Shown here piece after piece: positions 63,021 through 64,000 of a DNA stretch of 64,000 bases. The position numbers and the translations under genes were made by a program. Location of the stretch: assembly GCA_046336915.1 (NCBI GenBank), contig JBKDHV010000027.1, positions 733 through 64,732 of the forward strand, read 5' to 3'. A model generated the notes under the pieces. The model did no database searches. It had not been told where the DNA came from and saw only the letters and a program-made list of their open reading frames with translations. Origin of the DNA: Bdellovibrionales bacterium (lineage in GTDB: Bacteria; Bdellovibrionota; Bdellovibrionia; Bdellovibrionales; Bdellovibrionaceae). Each line of letters begins with the position of its first letter. The first letter of the stretch is position 1.

Positions 63021-64000
63021 ATTCTTTTGGGTAGATCCGGTCGAGCCTGAAACTTTATCAGCCATTCCTTCGCAAGAGGCTGCTTCGTCAGACCTAAAGC
63101 TGTGACAATTCTGAATAGTCCTAGGTAATCGTCAACTTCGACATCCTCCATCTTCATTTCTAGAGCGAAACTCTCGCCGATCCAATTGATGTGGTCCTGA
63201 GTTGGAATCGTGCCTAGGGCTAGGGCTGCACGCCCCCGAAGCCAGGTCGTCGAAGCCTCGCGAACAAGACGAGCGACAGGCTGCAAAAACTGTTCATTTT
63301 CAAGAGGTCGCCTAGTTTTTATAAAGCTTTCCAGCATGGTCGAGAACTCGATTCCGGAGCCGCGTCTTTTATTGATCGAAAGTGCTCGCTCTAAAAAGAT
63401 TGGGTGGAACTCTTGCCAGCCCTCACGCACAATCAATTTCGCGAGAGCTTCGCTAACCTCTGGTAAATCGGACAGCTTATGGAATTTTTCGCGGAGAGTA
63501 TGACGAATATTGTCGCTCGCAATCTCAGCGTCACTGCTTAGAATCTGATCCAACGCCCCGAGTGTCCGTGAGTACATTGAACTGGTACGCCAAGAGCCTT
63601 GCAAATTTGAAGAGAGTTGATCAACAAATCTTTGCAGTTCTTTTAGGGGTAACTGTGAAGGAGCCGGAGCTAGTTTGTTGAGTAGCACCTGAGTGGCTTC
63701 GGTGATTAAAGCCGATTCAAGGAAGGTATCGCGAGGGCTTGAAATCTGCTCAACAACTCGCGAAACGTCCAAGGCCTGCTTCTCGCGGGCGGCAGAGCGG
63801 AGAATCCAGTACTTTGTAAAGTGACTGACTTGCGAAGACCCCAGAAGTTGATCTATCGTTTCTAAATCCGATTTAAACAAGATAAGGTCAGGTACTTCAA
63901 CAAGAGGGTCGATCTCAAAAAACTCGAGGGATCCCTTTCCTAAATCTACATGGGTTTCGTTGCTGGCCAGCCGAACCTGTCTGACCTGTCGCTGCTGACC
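62873..64000 (-). CDS. hypothetical helical protein, N-terminus outside the window
   Basis: The ORF track starts at TTG 63880. The same frame stays open to position 64000 (GQQRQVRQVRLASNETHVDLGKGSLEFFEIDPLVEVPDLI...), so the gene probably begins beyond the window. No motif recognised. Confidence 0.5.
   Translation of the reverse strand, partial: GQQRQVRQVRLASNETHVDLGKGSLEFFEIDPLVEVPDLILFKSDLETIDQLLGSSQVSHFTKYWILRSAAREKQALDVSRVVEQISSPRDTFLESALITEATQVLLNKLAPAPSQLPLKELQRFVDQLSSNLQGSWRTSSMYSRTLGALDQILSSDAEIASDNIRHTLREKFHKLSDLPEVSEALAKLIVREGWQEFHPIFLERALSINKRRGSGIEFSTMLESFIKTRRPLENEQFLQPVARLVREASTTWLRGRAALALGTIPTQDHINWIGESFALEMKMEDVEVDDYLGLFRIVTALGLTKQPLAKEWLIKFQARPDLPKRIQVTIRELLESWDSKAVSSKPPSTKGTLQNHLGELHFRHPYPCSGHSDR

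Noticed and set aside
1-64000. Looked for CRISPR arrays, tRNA/rRNA genes, IS elements, integrases, prophage or toxin-antitoxin and defence-system hallmarks.
   Set aside because: I found no regularly spaced direct repeats beyond the 14-bp tandem at 7849-7882. I found no cloverleaf-like tRNA sequences, no transposase, integrase or reverse-transcriptase motifs in any ORF, and no obvious small paired toxin-antitoxin ORFs. The absence is based on visual inspection only.

Overview
This is a 64-kb chromosomal segment of roughly 50% GC that is densely coded on both strands. I saw no rRNA, tRNA, CRISPR array, transposase or integrase. Gene content points to a Bdellovibrio-like predatory bacterium (Bdellovibrionota). 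That assignment is an inference: from memory, pilA and dnaK are also close neighbours in B. bacteriovorus HD100, and this should be checked. Contents in order: (1) A two-component signalling hub at 117-7800 with two histidine kinases and five response regulators, one of which has a non-phosphorylatable-looking receiver. (2) A ten-gene minus-strand operon at 7917-18135 that looks like an Agl/Glt-type gliding-motility machine. It has one TolQ-like and two ExbD-like motor proteins, a large TPR protein, a TonB-C-like protein, an outer-membrane barrel, lipoproteins, and a terminal VWA lipoprotein that may be the adhesin. (3) Envelope and hydrolase genes, including a signal-peptide-bearing HNH nuclease. 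(4) A small regulatory island with a sigma-54-like promoter, a structured terminated leader and a stand-alone Fis-type HTH protein. (5) Housekeeping genes: RDD-rhomboid pair, putA, FAH-family hydrolase, histidine phosphatase, hslO. (6) An NAD-isocitrate-dehydrogenase-like pseudogene with an internal deletion plus frameshift, next to a 535-bp ORF-poor structured region enriched in GTCGACT motifs. (7) A run of secreted, lipoprotein and hypothetical genes at 35262-42101, including an M10 metalloprotease, a coiled-coil Hsp20-domain protein and a PA14/FN3 lipoprotein. (8) mutS2, lnt, an S8 protease, slt, htpX, clpA and clpS. (9) Two tandem type IVa pilin paralogues separated by strong intrinsic terminators. 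(10) A 129-nt GC-rich inverted-repeat element, then dnaJ-dnaK in inverted order, acs, a small membrane protein, a decayed trypsin-like protease gene, and a partial ORF running off the window end. All calls rest on motif reading of the supplied translations and on manual inspection of the DNA. No database search was run.
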